Shown here one piece after another: positions 10,391 through 19,755 of a DNA stretch of 64,000 nucleotides (within the stretch, counting starts at the first letter, position 1; each line of letters starts with the position of its first letter). A program made the position numbers and the translations under genes. Source of the stretch: Nitrospirota bacterium (GTDB lineage: Bacteria > Nitrospirota > UBA9217). The DNA lies in assembly GCA_963754875.1 (NCBI GenBank), contig CAVWHO010000016.1:224001-288000 (forward strand). The letters are read 5' to 3'. The notes beneath the pieces were generated by a model. That model was not told the DNA's origin and searched no databases. It worked only from the letters and a program-made list of their open reading frames with translations.

Positions 10391-10475
10391 AAGTTCACCA
10401 TAGAAAAGGGGCCGGGATCCAGCGTTCGGGGTTCAGGAAAAGGTTTGTTCTCCTGAGCCCGGCCCCAGTTATTTA

Positions 10476-10945
10476 TCAATAACCTTTCAGCGGATATTCC
10501 TTCCTCAGCGGGTGCCCTTCCCAGTCCTCGGGCAGCAGTATCCTGCGGAGGTCCGGATGGCCGTCGAACTTGATACCCATGAGGTCATAAGTCTCCCGCT
10601 CATGCCAGTTGGCCGTTTGCCAGATCGAAGAGACCGAATCTATTCTCGGGTCATTTTCCGTCACCCTTACCTTCAAACGAATGCGGTGACGGTGCACGGT
10701 AGATATCAGATTATACACAACTTCAAAACGAAGCCCCGTATCTTCGGGGTACCGGGAAAAATCGACGGCAGTCAGATCGGCCAGGTGGTCCATCTTGAGG
10801 GAGGGCTCATCACGCAGGAACAGGCAGATGTCCTTGATCTTGTCCTTCGTGAGCATGACACCGACCTGCCCGGCGTACACGCTGTGCCGAGTACGTGGCC
10901 GGCAAATTTTTCTTCTATCATTTTAGCGATTTGTAAAGGATCCAT
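10476..10945 (-). CDS. nuoC: NADH-quinone oxidoreductase subunit C (frameshift near 10880)
   Basis: [43 protein letters not shown]-terminus [16 protein letters not shown] with GAGG RBS is one base out of frame. Confidence 0.92.
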
Positions 10946-11045
10946 ACGACCTCGTCCTGAGCCGCACGCGCTGAACGCTCGTGGTGCGCGGTTCTAGCTT
11001 CGAAAAATTCGTGATAGCAGCTTAATAACGGTATGTGGAGACTTG

Positions 11046-11525
11046 TTACTTCCGGATGTAGTGCTCTTTCCTGATCTTTTCCTGAAGCCTCATGATGCCG
11101 TTCATCAATGCCTCGGGCCTGGGAGGGCAACCCGGGATATAGACATCCACGGGAACAATGTTGTCCACGCCCTGTACAACGCTGTAGGTATTGAATATAC
11201 CGCCGGATCCCGCGCAGCTTCCCATGGCGATGACGTACCGCGGCTCGGGCATCTGATCATAGACGCGCCTCACGATCGGGGCCATCTTTTTCGTCAGTGT
11301 ACCGGCAACGAGCAGGAGGTCGGATTGTCTTGGAGAGGGACGCGGCACGGTCCCGAAACGGTCGAAATCATGCTGGGGCGCGGAATAGTATTGGATCATC
11401 TCAATGGCGCAACACGCAAGTCCGAATGTCATGGGCCAGATCGAACAGGACCTGCAATAGTTCAGGAACCCGTCGATCGTTGTGGTGATATACCCTTCAT
11501 CGAAAATGTTCTGGATTACTCCCAT
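11046..11525 (-). CDS. nuoB: NADH-quinone oxidoreductase subunit B
   Basis: [28 protein letters not shown]. Confidence 0.97.
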   Translation of the reverse strand: MGVIQNIFDEGYITTTIDGFLNYCRSCSIWPMTFGLACCAIEMIQYYSAPQHDFDRFGTVPRPSPRQSDLLLVAGTLTKKMAPIVRRVYDQMPEPRYVIAMGSCAGSGGIFNTYSVVQGVDNIVPVDVYIPGCPPRPEALMNGIMRLQEKIRKEHYIRK

Positions 11526-11890
11526 TCAAGGGCCCCCTTCTTCCACGCGTAGAAATATCCCACAACCAGAATGGCGATAAAAATCACCATTTCCACAAAA
11601 CCGTACATACCGAGATGGCTATAGGCTACGGCCCAGGGATACATAAACACGGCTTCGATATCGAAAATGAGGAACAGCATTGCAATGATGTAATACCGGA
11701 TAGAGAACTTCTGGTGAGCGTCCGTGAAGGGGGTGATGCCTGATTCGTAGGTGAGCAGTTTCTCGGGATAGGGGTTCCGAGGCCGGAGGATCCAGCTGAA
11801 AACCAGCATGCCGACGCCGACAGCAGTGCCCAGCAGTAGAAAAACTACAACGGGCAGAAAGTGTACCGGAAGGTACGCACTTGGAGTCAT
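11516..11890 (-). CDS. nuoA: NADH-quinone oxidoreductase subunit A
   Basis: [40 protein letters not shown]. Confidence 0.97.
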   Translation of the reverse strand: MTPSAYLPVHFLPVVVFLLLGTAVGVGMLVFSWILRPRNPYPEKLLTYESGITPFTDAHQKFSIRYYIIAMLFLIFDIEAVFMYPWAVAYSHLGMYGFVEMVIFIAILVVGYFYAWKKGALEWE

Positions 11891-11956
11891 ACGCTACTCC
11901 CTGCAATTAAATTTTTTATTAAATTTAGAAATATGACATCTTCTAAAAACCTGTGC

Positions 11957-11985
11957 ATATTATGACAACTCATTTCGTTTGTCAA
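11957..11985 (-). promoter_or_regulatory. Candidate sigma70 promoter of the nuo operon, overlapped by a TGACAA-N10-TTGTCA palindrome
   Basis: TTGACA-N17-TAATAT on the minus strand about 65 bp upstream of nuoA. Confidence 0.45.
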
Positions 11986-12157
11986 TAAAAAAGAATTATA
12001 GCATTATAAAAAAACCGTGTTTATTTGCAAGACAAAGGTATGAAAGTTCATTATTTTGCAATTTTGTGGTTTGTTATAATATCGTCGACACAATTTTCAG
12101 GAACACTTGTTTTCGGTATTTCGATAAAGTACAATAACGTGCAGAACGGAGGAAGAC

Positions 12158-12781
12158 ATGGACCCCTATTCCAAGGAACAGTTGCTATCGTTCTACAACC
12201 TGCATTTCAAAAAATTCGGCGAACGACCGGAAGCGCTCCGCTGGACGCCGCAAGGACAGCTCAAGCGTTACCACACGTTTCTCGACATCGCACCTGACCT
12301 GAGCAACCAGAAGATCCTCGACTACGGCTGCGGCATGGCTGATTTTTATAAATTTTTAAAGAGGCGCGGCATCAACGTGAAGTACACCGGCGTGGACATC
12401 AATGAAAACTTCATTAATGTAGCGAAAAAGAAGTATCCGGAATGCACCTTCCGGGTGATGAATGTGGATGATGATTCTCTCGAAGGATTCTATGATTACA
12501 TTTTTATTTGCGGCGTTTTCAACCTGCAAGTCCCGGGCGTAGACGACGACCTGAAGAACGCACTCGTGACGCTCTTTAAGCATTGCAACAAGGGCCTGGC
12601 CTTGAGCGCGCTGTCGACTCACACAACCGTAAAGGACTATGAGCTCCACTTCACTTCGCCGGAGGAAATGGTCAGGTTCTCCATCGAGAATCTGTCTCCT
12701 TCGGTCGTTCTGCGTCACGACCGGCTCCCGAACGACTTCACTCTCTTTGTCTATACGTCATATAATGAAATAGAACTCTGA
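12158..12781 (+). CDS. Class I SAM-dependent methyltransferase
   Basis: ILDYGCGMADF, YTGVDIN, YDYIFICGVFN; GGAGG RBS. Confidence 0.88.
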   Translation: MDPYSKEQLLSFYNLHFKKFGERPEALRWTPQGQLKRYHTFLDIAPDLSNQKILDYGCGMADFYKFLKRRGINVKYTGVDINENFINVAKKKYPECTFRVMNVDDDSLEGFYDYIFICGVFNLQVPGVDDDLKNALVTLFKHCNKGLALSALSTHTTVKDYELHFTSPEEMVRFSIENLSPSVVLRHDRLPNDFTLFVYTSYNEIEL

Positions 12782-12852
12782 GATAACGAAGGAAGGGACA
12801 TGGGTTGTACGATCACGGACGATCTGCCATTCAAAACTCATGCAGCCGCTGC

Positions 12853-13017
12853 TTAATGCGCGCCCTTCGAAAGATATAGCCCATACAGCAATGAACCCCA
12901 GGCGATCAACGTCACATAGGTCGCGACTTTCCCTTTATCAAAGTCATTTATTCTTCCTATCAAAAAGGATATGAAAAACGTAACGATCGCAAATACAAGT
13001 ACCCCCATTACCACCAT
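12853..13017 (-). CDS. 54-aa two-TM small membrane protein (below ORF-track cutoff)
   Basis: AGGAGG RBS; MVVMGVLVFAIVTFFISFLIGRINDFDKGKVATYVTLIAWGSLLYGLYLSKGAH; 23 bp after the hesA stop. Confidence 0.6.
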   Translation of the reverse strand: MVVMGVLVFAIVTFFISFLIGRINDFDKGKVATYVTLIAWGSLLYGLYLSKGAH

Positions 13018-13040
13018 GATATCGCCTCCTTTCCGGTTTG

Positions 13041-13787
13041 TCAGGCTCTACAGACTTCGCAGTTTTCATCCCGTGGTATTTTTACTTTCTTAAATTCCAT
13101 ATCATAGGTGTTGAACACCAGCATCTCCGAGAGCAGCGGTTTCCCGTATCCGGTAATAAGCTTAATTGCTTCCAGCGCCATCATGCATCCCAACATTCCC
13201 GAAACCGCGCCGAGCACGGGAAACCCCAGTTCCTGCCACGAAGGGTCGTCCTCAGGATACACGCAGTGGACGCAGGATGCAACTTTCGGAAGAACGTTGA
13301 AGATGTAACCTTCCATCCCGTTCATGGCCGCCTCGACCATGGGAATTCCTTTCTCGATGCAGGCCTTGTTCAGGATCCTCCGCTCGGAAAAGTTCGGACG
13401 GGCAGACAGTGCTATCTGGGCCGTCCGAAGCAGCGCCTGGACATTGCTGCTCGTGATCCGCTCATCGTAAGTCTCTATCTCAACCTCGGGGTTCATTTCC
13501 TGGATCGTCTTTTTCGCCTGCAGGACCCTGCTCTTTCCGATACGGTTGCTTCTCATCAGGATCTGCCGGTTCATGTTCGACAGGGTCAGATTTCCCGCAT
13601 GCACCAGGACCAGCCTCCCGATCCCGGCTGCAGCGAGATAGAGCGCCGCGGTCCCTCCCAGCCCGCCCACGCCCGCGATAAGAGCGGTTGAATTCCTGAG
13701 CCATTGCTGATGGTCGGACGTAAACCCGCGCAGCATCATCTGCCGGCGATAACGTTCCCGTTCCGTATGAGTCAGCTCTGCGTCCAT
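13041..13787 (-). CDS. hesA: HesA/MoeB/ThiF family protein, nif-associated
   Basis: ERYRRQM, IAGVGGLGG, LSNMNRQ, CVHC and CEVC zinc motifs; follows nifB. Confidence 0.85.
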   Translation of the reverse strand: MDAELTHTERERYRRQMMLRGFTSDHQQWLRNSTALIAGVGGLGGTAALYLAAAGIGRLVLVHAGNLTLSNMNRQILMRSNRIGKSRVLQAKKTIQEMNPEVEIETYDERITSSNVQALLRTAQIALSARPNFSERRILNKACIEKGIPMVEAAMNGMEGYIFNVLPKVASCVHCVYPEDDPSWQELGFPVLGAVSGMLGCMMALEAIKLITGYGKPLLSEMLVFNTYDMEFKKVKIPRDENCEVCRA

Positions 13788-13835
13788 TGCTAAACCGCCC
13801 CTCACCCTGGCTCGTCGATCTCTGACGAAGACCCG

Positions 13836-14723
13836 CTAAACCACTTCGCTGTATTCCTCGCCGATCCGCGCCATGAGCACTTCCAGTTCCATGTCCTTGT
13901 CCTCGCCGAGAACGCCGCAGGCATCGGCGCGGCATTGTTTGCAGTGCGTCATCTGCCGGATGTAGGGCCTGCACAATGCCCGCATCTTGTTGATCTCAGC
14001 ATGGGACGGCCGCACGAGATGGGCAAATTCCGCTTGCGGGATGAGTGGGATGATGTTCATGAGGTCCGCACCGAGTTTCCCGGCCCGTTCTGCAATAAGG
14101 GGCAGTTCAGCATCGTTCACGCCGGGTATGAAAACCGTGTTGACCTTGACGATAAGACCGGCATCGATCGCGCTCTTCAGCCCCTTCCACTGGTTCGCCA
14201 GGAGCAGTTCCGCGGCTTCCCTTCCCTCATATCGCCGTCCATGGTAAATGACCCAGGAGTAGATCTTCTCCGCGACCTCTGGGTTGACGGCATTGATCGT
14301 AACCGTCAGGCTCCGGACGCCTGCTGCGAGAAGCTGCTCCAGCTTGTCCGGCAGAAGGAGCCCGTTCGTGGAAAGACAAAGCGTAAGGTCAGGATATTCC
14401 CAGTTGATGTGTCTCAGTACTACGAAGGTTGGAGCATTCACGAGCGGGTCTCCGGGGCCCGCGATCCCGATGACGCTCAGGCGGTCGCTCCGCTCGATAA
14501 GCGCCCTCGTGCGATCAAGGGCTTCTTCCGGTGTCAGTACCCTGCTGGTAATTCCCGGCCGGCACTCGTTGGCGCAGTCGAATTTCCTGACGCAGTAGCG
14601 GCACTGGATATTGCACGCAGGCGCAACCGGCAGATGGGCTCTGCTGAATTTTTCGTGCGCCTCTTCTGTGAAACAGGGGTGCACCTTGATAAACTCCTTG
14701 TTAACACGAGCTGGGTCGTTCAT
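13836..14723 (-). CDS. nifB: NifB radical SAM protein, short form without NifX-like domain
   Basis: HPCF, HLPVAPACNIQCRYC, ECRPG, IAGPGDPL, HCKQCRADA. Confidence 0.93.
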   Translation of the reverse strand: MNDPARVNKEFIKVHPCFTEEAHEKFSRAHLPVAPACNIQCRYCVRKFDCANECRPGITSRVLTPEEALDRTRALIERSDRLSVIGIAGPGDPLVNAPTFVVLRHINWEYPDLTLCLSTNGLLLPDKLEQLLAAGVRSLTVTINAVNPEVAEKIYSWVIYHGRRYEGREAAELLLANQWKGLKSAIDAGLIVKVNTVFIPGVNDAELPLIAERAGKLGADLMNIIPLIPQAEFAHLVRPSHAEINKMRALCRPYIRQMTHCKQCRADACGVLGEDKDMELEVLMARIGEEYSEVV

Positions 14724-14755
14724 ATCAGCCTCCTTGCATCCATGCTCATGATAAT

Positions 14756-14771
14756 AGCAATATCACTGCCA
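14756..14771 (-). promoter_or_regulatory. sigma54 -24/-12 promoter of nifB-hesA
   Basis: TGGCAGTGATATTGCT on the minus strand (GG-N10-GC), 33 bp upstream of nifB. Confidence 0.8.
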
Positions 14772-14822
14772 CCTGTTGCCTCTTGATAATCAATGAGTTG
14801 AAGGGAATGCGAAAGGAGAGCT

Positions 14823-14858
14823 TGCAAAGACGTTGGGCAATTGACTAATTTTCGATCA
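14823..14858. promoter_or_regulatory. Tandem 17-bp upstream activator-like sites (nifB)
   Basis: TGCAAAGACGTTGGGCA-at-TGACTAATTTTCGATCA; same layout at nifH and both amtB promoters. Confidence 0.55.
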
Positions 14859-15332
14859 ACCGCCGGCTGTTTCGGATATTACGTGATGTTTTCGCAGGCA
14901 GATGAGCCTCGTGAAAGTCCAGCCCCGGGATGCGTAGAAATTCAGTGCCCGGTGGTTCTCCCGGTCCGCCAAAAGCTGGAGTCGCGTAAGCCCCTGTTCC
15001 CTGCTCCAGGCGATGATCCTTTCGATAAGGAGCGTGCCGACATTGCAGCGGCGGAAGCGCCTGTCCACGATCACGTCTTCCACGAGTCCCACACGGCTTC
15101 CCTCAGCGGTAGAAACGAGCGTCTGGACCGTGGCCATGCCCACGATGCTGTCGTCGGCGACGGCCACGCCGACGAAGACCCTCCCCGACAGATCAGCGAC
15201 GAGCATGCCGAGGCCCTTCGCCTGCTTGACGACGTCGACTTTGAAGTCCGTCTCTACGCTGAATAAGTCGGCGAGCAGTTCGCACATCAGGGGTATGTCA
15301 TCCGGTCGAGCAGGTCGAATGGTTATTTTCAA
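14856..15332 (-). CDS. GNAT family N-acetyltransferase
   Basis: IRPARPDDIP, VEDVIVDRRFRRCNVGTLL, NHRALNFY; TTG start chosen just after the fdxB stop. Confidence 0.85.
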   Translation of the reverse strand: MKITIRPARPDDIPLMCELLADLFSVETDFKVDVVKQAKGLGMLVADLSGRVFVGVAVADDSIVGMATVQTLVSTAEGSRVGLVEDVIVDRRFRRCNVGTLLIERIIAWSREQGLTRLQLLADRENHRALNFYASRGWTFTRLICLRKHHVISETAGG

Positions 15333-15334
15333 GA

Positions 15335-15613
15335 TCAGACCGACACATGCACATGGCATTTTTTCGTACAGGTGCGGCTGCAGGCTTCGCACCCGATACA
15401 GTTGGCGAGATGGGCAACAGACATGACTTTATTTCCCATATCATCACCGTACTCGTCCTCTCCTTCAAAGGGCTTCTCTATGAGTTCGAGTACGTCGAAG
15501 CCGCAGACTTTGAAGCACCTGCCGCATCCGATGCACTTGTTTACGTCAATGGAATCGATGAATTTCGGGGTCCAGGGTTTTCCACCCCGCGTGGTTCCGG
15601 TGATGGGGGACAT
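15335..15613 (-). CDS. fdxB: nif-specific ferredoxin III, 2x[4Fe-4S]
   Basis: [27 protein letters not shown] ... [18 protein letters not shown] RBS. Confidence 0.9.
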   Translation of the reverse strand: [92 protein letters not shown]

Positions 15614-15693
15614 GGTTCCTCCTTGTGAATAAGGGGCAGGGGCCAGCGTAAAAAAACTTCTGAACACCGGCTACTGAACCCACTGCCCTGCCT

Positions 15694-16110
15694 TTACGCT
15701 ATCGCTTCGCCGTTCTTTTCGCCCGTCCTGACGCGCACCGCGTTCTCTATGGGCGAGACGAAGATCTTGCCGTCGCCGGCCTTGCCGGTGTGGTTCACCT
15801 TGATGATGGATTTGACGATCTTCGTGACCACGTCGTCTGGCACCACGATCGTTAAAAGCCGCTTTGGAACGAAGAGCGCGATCTTCGGCAGCGTATGGTC
15901 AAGCGCATACGTGGACGGGGTCGGCTTCAGCTTTGCCGTGGTGCAATAGCTATCCGGCATCTCCGAATCCATTTCTCCGCACATGGCGCCTTTCTGCTTG
16001 CCCCTGCCTTCAACGCTCTGGATCGTAAGCGATGGATAGCCGAGGTCATCAAGCACCTTTTTTGTTTCCGGGAGTTTGTCCCGGCGTATGATGGCAGTGA
16101 TTTCTTTCAT
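15694..16110 (-). CDS. nifI2: P-II family nitrogenase regulator, NifI2 type
   Basis: MKEITAIIR, GRGKQKG, long T-loop, FVPKRLLTIVVPDD, GDGKIFV. Confidence 0.85.
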   Translation of the reverse strand: MKEITAIIRRDKLPETKKVLDDLGYPSLTIQSVEGRGKQKGAMCGEMDSEMPDSYCTTAKLKPTPSTYALDHTLPKIALFVPKRLLTIVVPDDVVTKIVKSIIKVNHTGKAGDGKIFVSPIENAVRVRTGEKNGEAIA

Positions 16111-16213
16111 TGTTCAGCCTCCTTAAAATTCAGCCACAGAGGCACAGAGACACGGAGAAAGATAAAGTGCTGTTCCAATTCACTCCGCAGTCCGTGCTCC
16201 GCAGCCCGCATCG

Positions 16214-16531
16214 CTACAGCCCGGCTTCCCCGGTCCTCACCGTATATGCAGCCTCCACCGGGCTGATGAAGATCTTGCCGTCACCGATGAAGCCCGTCCT
16301 CGCCTTGTCCTGGATCACCTTCATTACCTTGTCAAGGTCCTTGTCGTCGATCACCGTCATGATAAGCACTTTCGGCAGCTCATCGTAATGCACCGGCCCG
16401 ACGGTCAGCCCCTTCTGTTTCCCCCGTCCGAACACCGGCACCTTGGTAAGAGACGGAAAACCGGCTCCTTCCAGTGCCAGCACGACCTCCTGCTCCTTCT
16501 CGGGCCGGATAAAAGCTCTGATCATCTTCAT
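16214..16531 (-). CDS. nifI1: P-II family nitrogenase regulator, NifI1 type
   Basis: 105 aa, [30 protein letters not shown]. Confidence 0.87.
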   Translation of the reverse strand: MKMIRAFIRPEKEQEVVLALEGAGFPSLTKVPVFGRGKQKGLTVGPVHYDELPKVLIMTVIDDKDLDKVMKVIQDKARTGFIGDGKIFISPVEAAYTVRTGEAGL

Positions 16532-16585
16532 GATTTGTTTCCTCCTTGTACTCCGAACTGTGTACTTTGTACTCTGAACTCTAAG

Positions 16586-16981
16586 CTATGGTTTACTCAA
16601 CGCCTTCTTCAGCCACGGCGGCGGCGATTTTTTAATCGTTTCCCCAAGCTGTTCGAGGGCATTCTCGATCGAAATGATCTCTTTCACTTTCATAGGCATG
16701 ATCCCTTTTTTCACCAGACGCGCTGCCGAAGGGCCGCCGATCTCCGTAAGATAGATAAGCTTGCAGTCCGCGAGACGATCGACCTTCCCCTGGACGGCAC
16801 TGTCATGGAGCGGTCCTCCGTCCTTCGTTTCCGAAACGGCCTTATCAATACCTTCGGCGAATTTTCGCATTTCAAGGAAATGGTGACCGCCTTCCGTCAT
16901 ATCGTAGATCGCAAACACCCCGCATCTGCCGAAATGCTCGTCCACATTTTTACCGTCGGTTGTTGCAAATGCAACCTTCAT
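16586..16981 (-). CDS. nifX: Nitrogen fixation protein NifX
   Basis: MKVAFATTDGKNVDEHFG, IGGPSAARLV, PPPWLKKA. Confidence 0.92.
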   Translation of the reverse strand: MKVAFATTDGKNVDEHFGRCGVFAIYDMTEGGHHFLEMRKFAEGIDKAVSETKDGGPLHDSAVQGKVDRLADCKLIYLTEIGGPSAARLVKKGIMPMKVKEIISIENALEQLGETIKKSPPPWLKKALSKP

Positions 16982-17014
16982 AAACTACCTCCTGTTCCTG
17001 ACCCTGGCCTCTAA

Positions 17015-19693
17015 TCAATGTTTCTTCATCAGCAAATTCGCCATGTCATTCACCATGGTCATTGTTCCCCGATAGCCGATCGTGACCTTTGAAGTGTATC
17101 CGAAGGTTTTATACACCGGGAACCCCATTTCATAGAGCGGAATCTCAAGCAGTCGCGCTGTGCTCTCTGCATGTGAGTTGGAGATGAGCACATCGAAATC
17201 ACCGGTAATGGAAAAGAGATCGCCGATCCGCACTTCCCGGGCGCGGATCCGGTCTGCCGCCTCGGACAGTGTCGGGATGACAGCCAGTTCGACTGTCGCG
17301 CCCATTTCATCAAGCCATTTCGAGGTCTGGACCGCAAGGTCGGGCTCGAGGGCGATACATATTTTTTTGTTTCCGAAGAGAGCATGTGCGTCCCGCATGG
17401 TGTCCACCAGTACTCTTCGCTGCCGTTCGTATTTGCTGGGAACGGGTTGCCCGCTTACCTCAGTCAGGAACTGAATGAGCCGGTCAGAGTCGGAAAGTCC
17501 CGATATACTATCGAACATGCGATAAGCAATGCCGAATTTCTGCTGCAGCAGTTTTGCCGCGGGTTCCATGCTCATCCCGAAGGCGACGGTACAAGATGCG
17601 TCAGCCAGGGATGCCAGTTCCTCCATTGTCGTCCCGCCTGAAGCCAGGGGAGAAAAAACCTCTCTGCTCCCGTCGAGAGCAGACAGGTTCGGGAGAATGG
17701 TCACCTTCAAGCCGAAGGATTCTGCAAGGTCCGTGACCTCAATGAAATCCGCCGGCGTCAGATGCGATCCTGCGATGATGTTGATTCTATTTGTCTGCGA
17801 CGCCTTTACTCCAGACCCGAAACTCGAAACTATTTTCTCAATCGCCTTTGCATACCCCGTTTCCAACCCGCCGTCATAGTCCGGGGTCGGTATATGAACA
17901 ATTATTGAGTTTAAAGATTTACTCCTGGCCCTTATCTCCTGACTCCTGGCTACTGCTTTTACATCATCCCCCTTTACTTCGGAAAGCCCTGACGTGAGCA
18001 CGCCTATGAGAGCGGGTTTATTTTTCTCGATGAAACCTTCTATCGTCGTAGCCAGTTTCTCCTCACTGCCCATGACAACGTCTTCCACGAACAGCTTCGA
18101 CGACGCGAGTGCGATCGGTTCGCGAAAGTGTTTGGTCAGGAGCACTTTGCCGAGGAACGTGCACCCCTGGCCTCCGTGGATGATCGGCAAAGCGCGGTCG
18201 ATGCCCTGGAGCGCGATTGCCGCGCCCATTGAGGGGGAGTGCTTGAGTGGATTGATCAGAATTGCAGATTTCGGATTGGCGTTTTCGGATTTTTTCCTTC
18301 CTCTCCCCTCGCGGGAGAGGACCGAGATGAGGGGGGCTTCTGCAATCCGCAATCCACAATCCGCAATTGTTTCGCTTTTCTTGTAGAAGCGAAGACTATT
18401 GCTGATCTGCTCGGCAAGGTTCGCCAGCCCGAGATACCCTGCATAAGGCGTATGCCGTTCCTGGTTCACGTCTACAAAGGGATAGCCTTCCTTGATGGCC
18501 AGATACTGGTTCCGGCCTCCGGCAATGAGCATGTCCGCACCGCGGTCCTTCAGAAGCTTCAGCAGGTTCTTCGGCGTCACGTCCTCGACCAGCGGCCCGT
18601 CGGGCCCCAGCAGTTCCTTCATTTTTTCTTCATCTTCGATAGTGCTTTTCTTCGTTCCCACAGCGACGAGTTCGATTCCGAGGTCACGGAGCGCGGAGAT
18701 GAAGGACCAGCTCTTGACCCCGCCGGTGTACAGTACCGCTTTTTTGCCGAGCAGGTGATCATAAGGCTTGAGTTGCAGCTTGAGCCGCTTCTCTTCGCTT
18801 TTTATCAGTTCCTCTGCGGCTTTTGCAAGTGCGGCGTCTCCCGACTCCTTGCCCCTGGCCCCCTGCCCCTGAAGTTTCTGGGCAATCGCGCGCAGGGCCT
18901 TTGCAATCTCCGTACTTCCGAAGAAGGACACCTCTACGTAGGGAATGCCGTATTTTCTCTCCATCTCGTGCGCTACATTAATGAGGGCACGGCTGCAGAC
19001 GACCACGTTCAGTTTTGCATGGTGCGCCCAGGTGATCTCCTCGAAGGTCGAGTCGCCGGTGATCTTCGAGAGAATCCGAATGCCGGCCCTGGCCAGGAGC
19101 GGCTCCACGAGCCAGAGATCGCCGGCGATGTTATACTCGCCGATCAGATTAATATCATAGTGAGTTGTGACCGGCGGCTCTCCCGTGCCAATTACCTGTT
19201 CAAGCAGGACTTCGCCGGCTATGCGGTTCCCGAGGTTCTTCGGACCAACGAAGCCCGGCGCGTTCACTGCGATGACCCGGATGCCGAACTCGTTCTCCGC
19301 CCGCTTGCACACGGAGTCGATGTCTTCACCCGTGAGCCCGCTCACGCAGGTGGAGTAGACAAAGATCGCTTTCGGCTTTGTTGACTCGTACGTCTTCGCG
19401 ATTGCCTGAAAGAGCTTTTCTTCCGAACCATAGACGATGTCGATTTCGCCCATGTCGGTGGTGAAACCCATGGTATGCAGATTTCCCTTTGTTGACTGCG
19501 TCCCCCGGCCCTCCCAGGAATTGCCGCAGCAGGCGATGGGACCATGCACAAGGTGTGCGGTGTCGGCAATGGGCTGAAGCACGATCATGGCCCCGTCGAA
19601 AGCGCAGGACTCCCCGCCCCGTGAACGGCAGACCTTGTCTTTGTTGTCCGTGCTGCAGCCGTGCGCCGTTAATTTATCGATCGTGCTGACCAT
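17015..19693 (-). CDS. nifEN: Fused FeMo-cofactor scaffold NifEN
   Basis: NifE part CAFDGA...HLVHGPIAC...YTGGVKSWS; NifN part INPLKHSPSMGA...HGGQGC...HFREPI in one ORF. Confidence 0.93.
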   Translation of the reverse strand: MVSTIDKLTAHGCSTDNKDKVCRSRGGESCAFDGAMIVLQPIADTAHLVHGPIACCGNSWEGRGTQSTKGNLHTMGFTTDMGEIDIVYGSEEKLFQAIAKTYESTKPKAIFVYSTCVSGLTGEDIDSVCKRAENEFGIRVIAVNAPGFVGPKNLGNRIAGEVLLEQVIGTGEPPVTTHYDINLIGEYNIAGDLWLVEPLLARAGIRILSKITGDSTFEEITWAHHAKLNVVVCSRALINVAHEMERKYGIPYVEVSFFGSTEIAKALRAIAQKLQGQGARGKESGDAALAKAAEELIKSEEKRLKLQLKPYDHLLGKKAVLYTGGVKSWSFISALRDLGIELVAVGTKKSTIEDEEKMKELLGPDGPLVEDVTPKNLLKLLKDRGADMLIAGGRNQYLAIKEGYPFVDVNQERHTPYAGYLGLANLAEQISNSLRFYKKSETIADCGLRIAEAPLISVLSREGRGRKKSENANPKSAILINPLKHSPSMGAAIALQGIDRALPIIHGGQGCTFLGKVLLTKHFREPIALASSKLFVEDVVMGSEEKLATTIEGFIEKNKPALIGVLTSGLSEVKGDDVKAVARSQEIRARSKSLNSIIVHIPTPDYDGGLETGYAKAIEKIVSSFGSGVKASQTNRINIIAGSHLTPADFIEVTDLAESFGLKVTILPNLSALDGSREVFSPLASGGTTMEELASLADASCTVAFGMSMEPAAKLLQQKFGIAYRMFDSISGLSDSDRLIQFLTEVSGQPVPSKYERQRRVLVDTMRDAHALFGNKKICIALEPDLAVQTSKWLDEMGATVELAVIPTLSEAADRIRAREVRIGDLFSITGDFDVLISNSHAESTARLLEIPLYEMGFPVYKTFGYTSKVTIGYRGTMTMVNDMANLLMKKH
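18261..18367. repeat. Composite repeat in the NifE-NifN linker: oppositely oriented heptamer arrays around a palindrome
   Basis: TTGCAGA-TTTCGGA-TTGGCGT-TTTCGGA ... CCTCTCCCCTCGCGGGAGAGG ... TGCAATCCGCAATCCACAATCCGCAAT. Confidence 0.65.
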
Positions 19694-19706
19694 AGATGCT
19701 CCATGC

Positions 19707-19752
19707 ACTTTGAATTGTGTACTCTGTACTCTGTACTCTGTACTCTGAACTA
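19707..19752. repeat. Intergenic 7-bp tandem repeat (ACTCTGT)n
   Basis: actttga-attgtgt-actctgt-actctgt-actctgt-actctga; similar arrays near 45-90, 16550-16587 and 49005-49033. Confidence 0.7.
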
Positions 19753-19755
19753 TCC

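Noticed and set aside
6463..10456. Long plus-strand ORFs (412 aa at 6463, 399 aa at 9257) and similar ORFs elsewhere
   Set aside because: Antisense shadows of well-supported genes in GC-rich sequence; no motifs.
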